Source of the DNA: Paraspadella gotoi
Taxonomy: Eukaryota > Animalia > Chaetognatha
NCBI GenBank assembly: GCA_051294375.1
Contig: CM119263.1
Span: 15,974,532 to 16,038,531, forward strand
Direction: 5' to 3'
DNA length: 64,000 nt
Shown here: positions 39,251 through 51,787 of the stretch, one piece after another
How the letters are laid out: each line of letters begins with the position of its first letter
How positions within the stretch are numbered: the first letter of the stretch is position 1
Translations under genes and position numbers: made by a program
The notes under the pieces: model-generated
The model's input: only the letters and a program-made list of their open reading frames with translations
Database searches by the model: none
Told to the model about the DNA's origin: nothing

Positions 39251-39325
39251 TAATTTTTCGAGTTCCCGCTCAATTTCTACCGCGTCGCCGACGAGGATGT
39301 GATTTCGTGGATTCCGGCGCCGACG

Positions 39326-41086
39326 ATGCAGCCGATAATCGCGGCGGCGCCTCCGGCGTCGCGGCTTCATCCGCCGCAGCCTTCGCTCAGCCTCCCGGCG
39401 CCGCCAGCCTCGGCGTGTGCGGTCGGCGTCGCCGCCTGCGTCAAATCGCCGACGTCGGGCGGAAAACGCCTGCCGCTCTCACCGTCTCAACAGCCCAACG
39501 TTGGTCTCGGCGTCGGTGGCGTCGGTCGATCTCTTCCGTCGCCGCAGGCCGTCTTGCTGGAGGAAGAGGTGGTCAAACCGGCGCCTTTGACAAAGACGGC
39601 GTCGGCTCTGAACGGCGTGGTCGACGGCGCCATCGACCCCAACGTCCCATCGGCGACCCATCATCATCATCATAATCGTCGCGGAAGCGTCAGCGTAGGA
39701 TCCGCGCTAGGATTTTTCGGCGCCATGCACCAAGCGTTGACGCCAAAGATTCAAAGTGCCTCCGCTTCCGTCCGTCCGTCGATGACGACGACGATGACGA
39801 CGACGACGGCGACGTCCTTCTCCAATCCCCACCGACCCAAGACGACGCATCACGTCCACTTTCAAACGATCGTCACGCCGGCCACGCCCACGCTCAACGG
39901 GAGCCCCAACCTGCCGGAGACTCAGCCTCAGCCGCAGCCTGCGCAGGCGGGCGGCAGAGGCTCCCTGCTGCAGCGGACTCAAGGTTCGGAACTATTGCAG
40001 CAGCTCTCCTCCTCCCCTTCCTCCTCCTCTTCCTCCCAAAAGCCTTCGGCGTTGAGTCCTTCGACTTTGGCGTCGACGACAATCTCCAACGCTCCTTCGA
40101 ACATTCCAGCCTCGACGCACACTCAGCATCATCATCATCATCACCATCATCATCCCTTGGTCGCCACGACGCCGTCGTCGATGTCGCCCTCGTCGTCGTT
40201 GTCGTCGACGTCGTCGTTGTCGTCGCAGAGCAACCCCGCGTCCTCCGTTGCTACCTCTCACCCATCGACGCCCCGCGGATCTTCGAGGTTCTCCCCGGGT
40301 GCGTCGAGCGGCGTCACCGGCGCCTCCATCCTGCGCAGCCTCTCGTCGTCGGCCTACACGACGCCGACGTCTCGAACTTCCTTCGTCTCCTCCTCTTTCT
40401 CCTCCAAGTTTTCCACTTTGCCTTCAGCCTCGTCGAAGCCTTCGTCCAAAGACGCCGCCGCCTCGGATCGGTTCGACCGCCTCTCGGGCTTCTCCAAGGC
40501 CTTTGAGATGAAGAGACCCTCCAGTGCGCCGTCGACGACGAGCGACTCCCCGGCCCGCGTCGGCGGCGCCTTTCCCAAGCAGCACTCAATATCCGAGTGC
40601 GTCGAGTATCGAGAGCTGGAGCGGCGGTACCGCTGCCCTTCGAGGTCGCGCGGTCCGGCGCCGCGATCAACCAGCGCCGACGCCGCCATCGAGTCGGCGC
40701 CGAAACGCAGCAAACTCACGCAGCAATCCGCGATGCGCATTCAACAGGCGACGCAGCAGGCGCAGCACACGCAGCTGGCGTTGATGCAGACGCAGCAGTC
40801 CATCCACGCGCTACAGACTCAACTAGAGGCTCTGCTGGAGGCCAAGCACGCGGCCGTAGAGAACGATCAGCCGGAACAGGCGCAAACTCTGCAAAACTCC
40901 ATCCAGACAGTTCAGCAAGTGATACAGCAGGCTCAGCTCCAAGCACAGACTCAGCAAGTGATTCAGCAGGCGCAACAGGCCCTGGCGTTGGCGGCCGTGT
41001 CGTCCTGCATGTCCTACAACGGAAACTCGGTCGGCATTACGACACAGGCCCCTTCCATCAGCGCTTACAGCATGTCTTACCTCATG
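39326..41086 (+). CDS. Large coding exon (587 codons) of a low-complexity S/P/T-rich protein with poly-His tracts and a Gln-rich coiled segment; probably regulatory, family not identified
   Basis: Uninterrupted GC-rich ORF (39299..41128) in an AT-rich background. The first in-frame ATG is at 39326. A canonical phase-0 donor ATG|GTGAGT at 41086/41087 falls where the GC content drops. Confidence 0.88.
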
Positions 41087-41759
41087 GTGAGTTGGAAGGA
41101 TAGGTTTTCTTTCCTTTTATCAATTTGATTATATTTTATTGTCTTAAACGTTTAATTGACGATGATATCTTAGACGGTAAGACTTCATCTTTCCTGTTTA
41201 TCGAAAAATGAGCGAATTTTAGAATTAATTCTACTTTTTTTTTTCGACCTCTGGTTTTAACTAATTAAATCTTCATAATTCATTCAACCGTTAATCTCCG
41301 CTTAAAAAAAAAAAGGTTTCTATTTCTGGTTTTTGAACCCGAAATCTGTCCCCTCTCCTACTTTGTATATTCATGAGATGACAAAACATTTCACAACACC
41401 AAACTGTTTCGATTCTCGACAACAACAACGGAAGATTATTTCGCTTGAAGGTTTTGCGCATGTCTACCCCATTAACTTGGAACACTCTTAACAAAGACTG
41501 AATATTTTTTCTTTAAACGTCAGTCTTGACATTTATATCTATTTACGTCGCGTCAATCCTAAACTTGGGGCAAAAAGAAAATAAAAAGTTCATCTGCTTT
41601 TTTACTCTGGGTAATTTCGAGCATAAAGTAGCTTCCTTGAAATTTTATACCATCCAAGAAAATAAACGTGAAGACTGAAGAGTATGTGAAAGCCTTTTTT
41701 TTAAATTTTTTTTAAGAATTTCACTTTTCCTCATTAATCTGCATAAAAATTTTTCCTTG

Positions 41760-41844
<85 letters not shown>

Positions 41845-42222
41845 CGTCTCTCTCTCCTCTCTCTCTCCTCTCTCTCTCTCTGGAGCCTCCTCTCAACTCC
41901 CATCTTGGCATCACTCGTACCCTTAACTCAAACGACGTGTTGATAATTAAAAAGTAATTACTACGATTTTGTATCATTTGTAACGATTGACGTCGACTTT
42001 TTGCATCTGCCTCGGCATCTGTCGTTCTCCTTCGCTCGTGCGTTCGTCTGTTCTTGTCGTCTGTCTTTCCATCGGTCTTCCCATCTGTCACCGACTTCCG
42101 TCATCTGTTGAAATCCAGTCTGCGGATCTCGAGAAAAACCAGAGGAACGTAGGTCGCCGAATATTCCGCTCCGCTGCCTCCATTCCTTTTCCTCATGATA
42201 TCACCCTGGGAGCGGGGGAAAA

Positions 42223-42308
<86 letters not shown>

Positions 42309-43690
42309 GGGTTGTCTGGAAATAAGAAAAAAAGAAAGGAGGAGAGCAAAATAGGGGTAGTCTGGAATGGAGAAAAAAGAGATGAGGCTTTCGATATGCT
42401 TCCGAATTTTATCTTCGATATCTTCGGCGGAGTCTGAGCTCGTTAGACTGAATTCAAGGACGATCTGTATTTTTGTATCACTGACTTTTTCTATCTCTGA
42501 AATTGTAAACTATGTATTTAGTTAATCCACAATTGTAATTTTAGTGTTAATTTATTTTACTTTTTTTTTAAATAATAGGTACATACGTAATACATAATTA
42601 CATATATATGTACATTGTACAGCTCATTAACAATTGTACTGTTATTGTGATAAACTTTCACATTTTGAGCATAATAAATCAATCAAATCAATTCTCTCTC
42701 TCTCTCTCCCCCCTCTCTCTCTCCTCTCTTTCCTGTCTATTGAATTCACACTTTTTTGCCTCTCGTCATTCCATCCCTTATTTCCCATTCATATTTCCCA
42801 CTCAGACGTGTCTACTAAATGTGTTCAAGCGACAAAGTCTATTGTCAGGATTTACTTATTCTTGCCCTCAAAACGCAAATATCTACTAAACCTGTTATTT
42901 TATATATTTTACATAACTTTTTCAGCTGATTACTATTGTCGACAAATAATTTTTCTCCATTTGATTTTTTTATTTTTTAATTAATTTTCATCTTGTCAGT
43001 CGAGTCGCTTTTACCGCTGCCTTTTTTTCCTCATTGCCTTTTTTTTTCGTTATCAATAATCCAATATGGCGGAATCGGCTGACTTTACATGGCGCGTCCG
43101 ACATGACGGTCGTGCAATTCGCGCTATTCTTTCTTTATCTCTGACTCACCTTCCAACGATCCGACACGATCACGAGTAGATCCTCACCCCTTCCTACCCG
43201 ACCTCAAATCTGATCCCACTTTCTCACGCCCACGTGTCGCCCCCGAGTTCTTATTTCTCACGACCTTTTTTCACACTCGTTTGGTTCCATCACGAATTCT
43301 CATTTCCTTTCCTTCCCTCTGGACAACGAGCTTGTGCCGCAGGCCACGCGCTTCCCACTCTGTTTGACCATTTTTGTCCGCCCACCTCTCAAAATCTTCA
43401 AGCCGTAAGCCTCTTTTCACAATTATCTTAGATATGTTATTAGTTATGTTCTTAATTTATCTACGCTCAAATTTACCATCCTTTTTACTATAAAATTCTC
43501 TGAAATCTTCGATTTTTTGACCTTTTTCTAAATTAAGTCGGATTAACATTTTTTTTTTTGCCACAGGACTTTCTGCAACTTTTCTTCATAGTTTTTGTTT
43601 CATATAAAAAGAATAAAAAATCTTAGATATTGATATTCATAACTGCAGTATTTCGCTAAGANNNNNNNNNNNNNNNNNNNNNNNNNTTTT

Positions 43691-44527
43691 TTATGGAGAA
43701 TGTAAAGTGACGGCCGTGGACACCGAACATGGAAGATTAATGGTGGGCCGGAAGGATAGGGTTGCGCGGGCGGGGCGGGGGAAAGTGTGGGGGAGGGCTG
43801 TTTGAGATGAGTGGGCCGGGATGGTCAGACGAGAAGGTGGAGAAATAAAGATGGGATGATGACTGGGATTATGTTCCCGACAACTCCGGCCAGTTTGAGA
43901 TGCGGCGAGAGGCGCGCCAGGGGGGAGTTGAAGCACATAACGCCACCTCCTTAAGTCGCGACTCGGACCAATCAACTTGGCGCTCGCGATCAAAATATCG
44001 CGGGTACGGCGCGGGCAAGCATTATCTTTGCAAAGTCCCAGTGAGGAGACCGAAGCGTTCCGCGACCTTTTTTTTCGGGGGGGAAAGTTAAGTAATTTAG
44101 GAAAAACTGACACGAGCCAGTTGCGGGGCTTAAATTTTAACAAACCAACCCTGAAAGGCCCTACTTTGTAAGGAGAGAAAACCCGCTCTCCTCTTATCTC
44201 ATCTATGGGCTCGATCGCACATCTTGCAAAACGAAAAAGATGTAACTGCATAGATGATGGCGTATAACCAAGTCGTGTTTTACTGACGAACGTGTTGTAG
44301 ATAGTCTCGATTTCCCTTCTGAAGCCTGCTTGTAAACGACGGTCTTTTGTGTCTCTAGGCTCTCGCTTAGACGAGAAGCGAAACTGTCAGGATCTCTCGC
44401 AGTTAACGATTCCATTCGGTTCTCGGCAAGTAGGCTGCTATACGTGCGCCATCGACGGAGGAAGGTTGATTAATGGGCGAAACGAACAACTGCGAAGGCA
44501 GCATTAGAGTGTACAAGCACCAAAACT
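43691..44527 (-). CDS. Possible minus-strand coding exon(s), unknown product
   Basis: GC-richer island with acceptor gtttttctaacag| at 44528. Overlapping ORFs 44203..44415 and 43691..44251 may be one frame broken by indels. Confidence 0.3.
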
Positions 44528-44809
44528 CTGTTAGAAAAACAATGTCGATAAGGTTGAGGGAAGGCGCATTGTTTATAGTTTACTTAAGTATATGTAAATT
44601 CGTCTCTAGATTGAATTATAGAGATGAAATCTAGAAATGTGTATTATACATATGAAATACGTAGAGTTTAAAAAAAATAATATAGTGGTCTTTTCTATGA
44701 CATGAAACATTCTTTGAATACATTATACCACTTCTATATATGCCCGAATAGGGACAGACAGTTAATCTGGGAGTGAAAACGAGTAATGTTTAAAGAGAAT
44801 CATTTGTAG

Positions 44810-44945
44810 AGGTGAAGACTTGCAAGACAGGGAGCCGCTATGTCAATTAATCCGTCTCGATAAGAGTGATGGAGGCCTAAACACTTAAGGCACTGGTACT
44901 GTCAAAGTCAACAGGGGCGAAAGATGGATTTTTATTTATTTAATA
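44810..44945 (+). repeat. Diverged third copy of the sequence at ~3895-4000 and 1-70
   Basis: gagtgatggaggcct(t)aaac..aa(a)g..ctg....tgtca..caggggc(g)aa(a)gat is shared. Confidence 0.65.
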
Positions 44946-45894
44946 AAGATAATTTTTGGTTTTAAAATGTTACTGTTCTAGGGAAAAAAAAGTATATATT
45001 TTTTAACAAAAAGATATCTACTCGAAAAACTTATTTTAAAAGATCAGAAACATAATCCTAAAAACAATAATAATTGAATTTCCTTCTGTAGCTTCCTTCT
45101 ATTTTTTTGTAGGTCAAATCGTTTTAGAGTTTTACAGGCAGAAATAAAATAATTAGTTAATTCCTAAGATGAAGAAACATGGGCCGACAAAAAAGGATTT
45201 TAAATAATAATTTCACAAGCGCAATTTTAATAATTAAGTAAATTATTGGTTTTTATTTTAAACAATTAATAACATTTATTTTTATTTTTAATATTTTTTT
45301 AACTTGGCAATAAACTGTGATCTGCCCTTTAAATGCCTTTGCTTTGCCTTGCACCTCTTCTGGTTCAAAAAAGTATTATTACAGCTCTCAAACAATAGGA
45401 AAGTATGCGCCAACTTTTAATATCGGGGCTGCGCAGAATTGCTGTTAAAAAGATGATTTCGTGAAGAGAGGACATTATTTACGAGCTGTCCATACTCTTA
45501 TTTGGCTGGATTATAAGAGCATACCTTCTCGAGACCAAAAGAGCAGGGGCATTGTGAGGTGATAGGCCGTGAAGGAACCAGAAGTAAATTGACTCACAAA
45601 TATCTGGAGGCAATATTAAGTTTATCGTGAGAGTGTTTACCCATAAGTTTGACGTATCCACTTTTTAGTTGAAGAGAGACCACCACCTGTATATGTACCT
45701 CCTGCATACTACCCAAAGGTTCTTCCTGGTTTCGTGATTCGCAGATCAGTATATGGTTGTAGCGCAATTTCATAAAACCTAATTTTTTGCCTATTAGCGT
45801 TTAAAAAAAAACAAAAATAGAGAACTATAACTGTTCCTATCCTATTCCCTTGGCGTTGGCCATCATCTCTTGACGATTGCGTGACCGATGAGCA

Positions 45895-46110
45895 TCGTGA
45901 TCTCTATTGATGTCTGAAGGGCGGTGGATGAAAATGGCCCTGGCCAGCTTGAGAGCTGGGCGGCGGAGTGTCGAACTCCGGCCTAGCACAAGAGACTCAT
46001 CGGACTCGATTCCATGCCGAGGGCACGTCTCAGCGAGCCTCGTAGTGACGGCGTGGCGGCAGAGGCCACGTCAAGCCGCAGATCTTTGAAACGAGGAAAA
46101 GCAATCTCGT
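45895..46110 (-). mobile_element. Possible degenerate Penelope-like GIY-YIG endonuclease C-terminal fragment
   Basis: One minus frame reads RHAVTTRLAETCPRHGIESDESLVLGRSSTLRRPALKLARAIFIHRPSDINRD, resembling the H..T..H.I.....VL......EAI.I....(L/I)NRD pattern. The N-terminal GIY/YIG motifs are not seen. Confidence 0.3.
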
Positions 46111-47044
46111 CGGATGAAGCTGAGGAACCGAGTAGTGATGAAATAATCAAAAACGGACTAGAGTATGCGAATGAGATTATACAAGGATATGAGTAAAGGA
46201 ATCTCTGTATTCTATTTCCCTGGAAGGGTCTAATGATTAATATTTCTACATTAGAAAGATGACTTTGTGGTTTAATTTTAATACCGGCTAAATAATTAAC
46301 TGATTTTGTAAATGTTGATATAAGGGATTACTTAATTATTACTTGTGCATTCCGGCTGAACTGTCACCGTACAATTAATAATATACTAGGGGTGGACCAT
46401 ATATCGAGACAAAACAACGTCCTGCCCTCTCTGAACGATTTGTTTTTATATAGTATTCCCTACTTATTTTAATTTATTTAGGTGAAAATGGTTGGCAACT
46501 TATCCCTACAGATATTGTGCATTGCTGAGTGTTTGTGTGCAGCTAGGAATTTCAATTTATTCCAATTAAAGTACAAAGAATCAGAGACTCTTCTTGATTA
46601 AAAATTTATTTCCATGTGTCGCGTCATCAGATGATTTTCCCGTACCAATCACTTTGCAATCACTTTCTGATGCTTTTAATGATTCGTAGTTTCTGATGCG
46701 ATTTTAATGGGACCTGGACAAATCGCATTTATCTCAAAGCTTTGTTTTATGTTTCGTATATGCTCAGTGTAATTCAATCGAAGAATATAACCAAATATAG
46801 TTTTTTTCGTGTAAGAAAGAAGGTGTCTCTTTTTGCGCCGCAGTAGATGAAGTTAGATTTTATATGAAATTTTATATATAATAATAACCAAAAAACGAAC
46901 CAAATATACGTACTTTATCCCCCCACGGAAATTTTACTTGTCTCTATATCAGATAAATTTTTGCACATTAATTTGTGAATATTATAATAATTATTAATGC
47001 GATTAAATAATTATTATTACCTCTAAAGCCGTTTCAGATGATAA

Positions 47045-47317
47045 TCAATCAAAGATATAGAAGATTAAATCATCCTCGTTTCTTTTCGCCCTCGCGAACG
47101 TCGTCGTCGTCGTCGTCGTCGTTCTTTTTTCATACTCATAGCCTTCATGGGAAATCACGATAAGGGGGCTCATATTGAAGCCGTCCATCTCATAATCGTC
47201 GAGGTATTCGATGCGATCCCCTTGACTAACATCAATCGACGATGACGTGAATACTCGTCCACGATTGGCCAAAAGGCTGAGATAGCAGCGGCGAATCTTT
47301 CTCAAGTATTTTATCAA
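47045..47317 (-). CDS. Possible exon, unknown product
   Basis: 90-codon open frame with protein-like composition (DRIEYLDDYEMDGFNMSPLIVISHEGYEYEK) in a local GC-richer patch. Splice sites not established. Confidence 0.22.
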   Translation of the reverse strand: MIKYLRKIRRCYLSLLANRGRVFTSSSIDVSQGDRIEYLDDYEMDGFNMSPLIVISHEGYEYEKRTTTTTTTTFARAKRNEDDLIFYIFD

Positions 47318-47737
47318 CGATGATGTGAAAAAAGATGTGGTTCTTAAGGGGAAACTACGTCAATTCTTAACACGACGACGGCTAATAAGAGACAGACTTT
47401 GACGTGGCCTTTCTTGTCTCTGTAAGGATGTAAAGCTCGTGGAGCGAGAATTGAAATACAATTAGAATACGAGCTCAACTGGTCAAGAGAAGATAATAGG
47501 ATCGGAGAAAATTTTTGAATTCAATGAACGGAGGTAAGGAGGGAGAAGAGGAAGANNNNNNNNNNNNNNNNNNNNNNNNNNNNNNNNNNNNNNNNNNNNN
47601 NNNNNNNNNNNNNNNNNNNNNNNNNNNNNNNNNNNNNNNNNNNNNNNNNNNNNNNNNNNNNNNNNNNNNNNNNNNNNNNNNNNNNNNNNNNNNNNNNNNN
47701 NNNNNNNNNNNNNNNNNNNNCATGGAAAAGGCTGCCA

Positions 47738-47753
47738 TGACGTCACCGGAAGT
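47738..47753. promoter_or_regulatory. Abutting perfect CRE (TGACGTCA) and ETS (CCGGAAGT) sites
   Basis: tgacgtca at 47738-47745 immediately followed by ccggaagt at 47746-47753. Confidence 0.5.
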
Positions 47754-47966
47754 CCCGAAATAACAAAGGATTTAATTCTAGAAGGCGCGGGCGTCGGAAA
47801 ACAAAAGGCGTAGAGCGAAAAAAAAAATAACAAAAGGGAAACTGGAACAAAAAACAATAATGAAAAAAAAAACAAGTGTGAGAATAAGAAAAGAATGAAT
47901 GGCACTTTTGAAAAGCAAGACAGATTGATTAGTGTATGAGAACATAAAATAAATGAGTAGATAAAA

Positions 47967-47969
47967 AAA

Positions 47970-48056
<87 letters not shown>

Positions 48057-48058
48057 AT
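47967..48058. repeat. (AAAT)n microsatellite
   Basis: Read directly. Confidence 0.97.
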
Positions 48059-48184
48059 ATATAATTTAAATAATAATAATAAATATATTTCGCTCTCATT
48101 ATCGTCGACGTCAATTCCGATGTAATTGCCGTCGTCGTCATCGTCATCCACGAAATTCCCGATTTCTATTTCCGTCCACGTCTA

Positions 48185-48219
<35 letters not shown>

Positions 48220-48859
48220 TTGACTTTCCTCGTCTTGACGTCAAAGGCAGAAAATAAAACTTTTTTTTTTCTCTTATCTTTAGAAAGAAGGTGAAAAAAA
48301 AATTATTTTCTTTCTTTTTCGCTTTTTTATTTCTCTTCGAGGAAAGAAAAAGGAGTTTTGTTGGTGGCTCTGCCATCTCGGCGTCTTTTAATTCCATCCC
48401 CAGAGAGAGAGAGAGATAGAGAGAGAAAGATAGAGAGTGAGAGCAGAAAAGTAGAAGATTGATAACCGAGATGCGAGGAGATTTTCTTNNNNNNNNNNNN
48501 NNNNNNNNNNNNNNNNNNNNNNNNNNNNNNNNNNNNNNNNNNNNNNNNNNNNNNNNNNNNNNNNNNNNNNNNNNNNNNNNNNNNNNNNNNNNNNNNNNNN
48601 NNNNNNNNNNNNNNNNNNNNNNNNNNNNNNNNNNNNNNNNNNNNNNNNNNNNNNNNNNNNNNNNNNNNNNNNNNNNNNNNNNNNNNNNNNNNNNNNNNNN
48701 NNNNNNTTCCTTTTATCAGAAAAAAAAAAAATTCCCCCTTGTCTTTGAGCGTCGTCTTACCTATCGTCGGCGTGTTTGTTTGTTTTCGTCGTTCGGCTCG
48801 TACTTTTTAAACTATTAAGTATTATTTATCTTCTTTTGCCGATTTAACTCAGCTGTGGG

Positions 48860-49200
48860 TTTGAACGGACAAACCTTAATTGATAAACCTAATCGAACCA
48901 GAAATAACAAAAAGTTTTAATTGTGTTTAGTGTTTAGTGTTTGAACAATGGCACTATACACAATTACTTAACACGTGTATATTTAAATAATCCGCATTTT
49001 ATTGTCAATGTACTATTAGCGCCCACCAACTCTGTTCTCAGACCCCGAGTTACGTTGAGACCGAGCAAACTTCCAATTCCTACCGAAGGTCCTCGTTTTA
49101 GTCGTCGTCATCGTCATCGTGGTCGCTCACCCTTTCTCTTTCCTAATATCGCTCTGAGGTCCGTTCAGATCCGGGATCAAACCCCGTGTCATTTTCGATT
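48860..49200 (+). repeat. Direct duplicate of 54405-54835 (the second copy is insertion-rich)
   Basis: aatcgaaccagaa, aataatccgcattttattgtcaatgt, accaactctgtt, gagcaaacttcc and tccggg(a)tcaaaccc are shared in the same order. Confidence 0.88.
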
Positions 49201-49594
49201 CCAAGGTGAGCCTGGGCGATGAGAGAACAAATCGTTTCTTAATCCGCTTTTTCATTGGACGAATATTTTTCAAACCTTGTAAAAAATCTGAATCGTATCC
49301 GAATAAGACCAACGCTTCGATAGCTGACAAAATGTAATTTTTGCTCGGAGAAATTTCATTTCGTCTGAGAGGGGTCGAAAGATTTTGTTATTTATATTTA
49401 CTTAATCTGATTGATAAACTTTCTTTCTCTTATTTCATTTTTCCCCCCTTTCTTCCTTTTTTCATTCCATTCTTTCTTTCTTTCTTTCTTTCTTTTCTTT
49501 CTTTTCTTTCTTTCTTTTCTTTCTTTCTTTTCTGTCTTTCTTTCTTCCGTTCTTTCTTTTCAAATTTGTTCCGGCCTTCTGACCTGACAAAAAC

Positions 49595-49670
49595 CGGCCC
49601 CAATTGTAGGCAAGCGGCGCGATAACCAATGGACGTCCGCCATCTTCGGTTTCTTTGCCAGGAAGCGCAT
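49595..49670. promoter_or_regulatory. Promoter-like motif cluster (CCAAT x2, YY1, ETS core)
   Basis: ccaat at ~49600 and 49626, CCGCCATCTT (YY1 consensus) at 49637-49646, and caggaag at ~49659. Confidence 0.4.
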
Positions 49671-49978
49671 CCGTTTCTGCAAAAGTTAAAAAATAAAAAA
49701 AGATAATAAAAAAAAAATAAAGTTCCTTTGGGATTATCCATTTAATCCTTGGAGGCCTTCCGAGTATGAGAATACTTGTTATTTTCTCTCATAATATTTT
49801 TAGCAACGGACATCTCATAAACTTTAGAAAAATGGAGAGTTTACATTCCATAAACCCTTTCTTTTAACGATTTATCATTTTATTCCATCTGGCGTTCGTT
49901 TTAAGTTTATTTAACTCATTATTACTTAAAACCAACGTACAATAAGTTTATTATTGCTTCCAACAAACGACCGTCTCT

Positions 49979-50050
<72 letters not shown>

Positions 50051-51389
50051 TCACACACACCACACAAAGATTGTCGGCATTTTCACCATTTGATTTACTC
50101 GCTGACTTGAGGGTGCCTAATATATTATAGCCTACAAAATTTAGAGAAATAAATGTCATTGTTGTATAACAATATTCAACTTTTTTTACTCAACTTTATT
50201 TAATTTCAAGCTCGCGCAACGAAAAAATAATCTAAAACTAATGTCTCTTATTATATGTTTACTTAAAATACTAGAAATGGTAAAATAAAAATAAGTCCTG
50301 ATCCCTAAAAAACCAAAAACCTAACCGCTGTAGACGTGAAGTCGCTGCTGTTGCTGCCCTAGGGACTTCGGCGTTGCACGCTCATTCTTATTTTTTCATC
50401 CATTACTCTTTCAGAGCTTCGAAATTTTTACAGGTTCCTTTGGATTCATGATCGGAATCAACATGTTATTAGATAAGGAAAACAATGACCTTTAAGTTAT
50501 CAGCCGCTCTATTTTATCGTTTAATGAAAAAAAATATTCTTTTAAAATTATCAAAAAATCGATTCTCCTAGTCGTAACGATTATTTTATTATACATTAAA
50601 ATTTTTTTTTAATGTATGAAAAAATTTACGGTAAACCTTTTTTTAATTTTCATGATGCTTTTTTTTTTTGAAAACATTTGGAATTACTTAATAAATTTAT
50701 GATGTTTGCAAATAGCACTCTCAAGATGATTACGTCAGGATATTTAGATTATTGTCACCGTGTATCTTGGTACAAGCATACCCCGAGCTTTACTTTTTGT
50801 TACTTCACGGTTGGAAGCATGCGGCCCATTTGACGGATCTTAGACTCTGAGAACCCGCCAGAGATCTAATGAGGCCATGTTTCTTTCGAAAAAACCGGCC
50901 CTGAACGAGCCTGTATAATTTTGAGTCAAGTCCGCCAGCACACAAGATTTTTTCGGTAGTTGATATCGCGAAATGAGCATGAGAGATTCAGTAGCTTCCC
51001 CATCTTTAGATTTTAATCTTTGGTAACTTTTTAGTCAGTTCGTGGTTGACTCCGCTAGGAGTCAGAGTTACGGTTAGTAGAAGGGCTGCTTAATTTTATG
51101 ACTTTTTTTTTCCCTCTTGAAGCCGCCGGACGCTTTGACGCCCCTCTCGGCGGAGCCGCTGAGGTTTCGAAGTAGGATTATTTGGCTCATCGAGCGGCTT
51201 TTTCCAAAACAACATTGTTAGCTTTAGCTATAGTTTCCATCCTGTTTGACAAATGAATTCAACAAAGCATTCTTAACAGAGGTCAAATAATTTCGCAAAC
51301 CCTAAAAAAAAAAGTGGTTAAAATATTTTAATAAAACCTTTTTTTTTTGACATATAATTTTTTTTTAAACTGATTATGAGGCAACTTAC

Positions 51390-51655
51390 GACCGGCTCTC
51401 TTCGTCTTTTACAATTGAAGAAGACCGTAATTATTGTTATGTGTTAGTTGACAGAACCGTTCAATATAAGCAGTCCGCTGAGCTTTCGGATCAGGCTGTA
51501 ACACCATGTTACAGCGGGTTTAAGCGCCCCGTCCCTCTTAACTGCGTAGGGTGGGCCACTGGGGTAGGCGGCAAACCGGAAGCAGGAATGACTTGCCTCC
51601 GCGGCACCAATTGGCCGCTATATGAAACGGTTTGGTGGATTTTAGTTCCACCAAT
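51390..51655 (-). CDS. Possible internal exon of a minus-strand gene
   Basis: GC-richer island ending at a canonical |GTAAGT donor (acttac 51384-51389). The frame is broken, presumably by sequence errors. Confidence 0.3.
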
Positions 51656-51787
51656 CAATTAAGGGTTTTTGTGTGATTAAGAGTTTTTGATGATTAAGAT
51701 TTTTTCAAAAAGTTATCAATAATTACTCTAAGTAGGAGACATGTATCTTCTATATAAATAAGTGTCTAAACGGACAGGGCTTCCCTA

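Noticed and set aside
39307-41103. Alternative-frame and antisense ORFs overlapping the large exon
   Set aside because: Expected by-products of GC-rich coding sequence; none looks like an independent protein.
46831-46846. ttgcgccgcagta as another HINE end
   Set aside because: Only ~13 nt match, with no microsatellite or partner terminus nearby.
44400-47317. Similarity between LRRWRTYSSLLAENR (~44415-44460) and LRKIRRCYLSLLANR (47045..47317 ORF)
   Set aside because: Too short, and no nucleotide-level support; probably chance.
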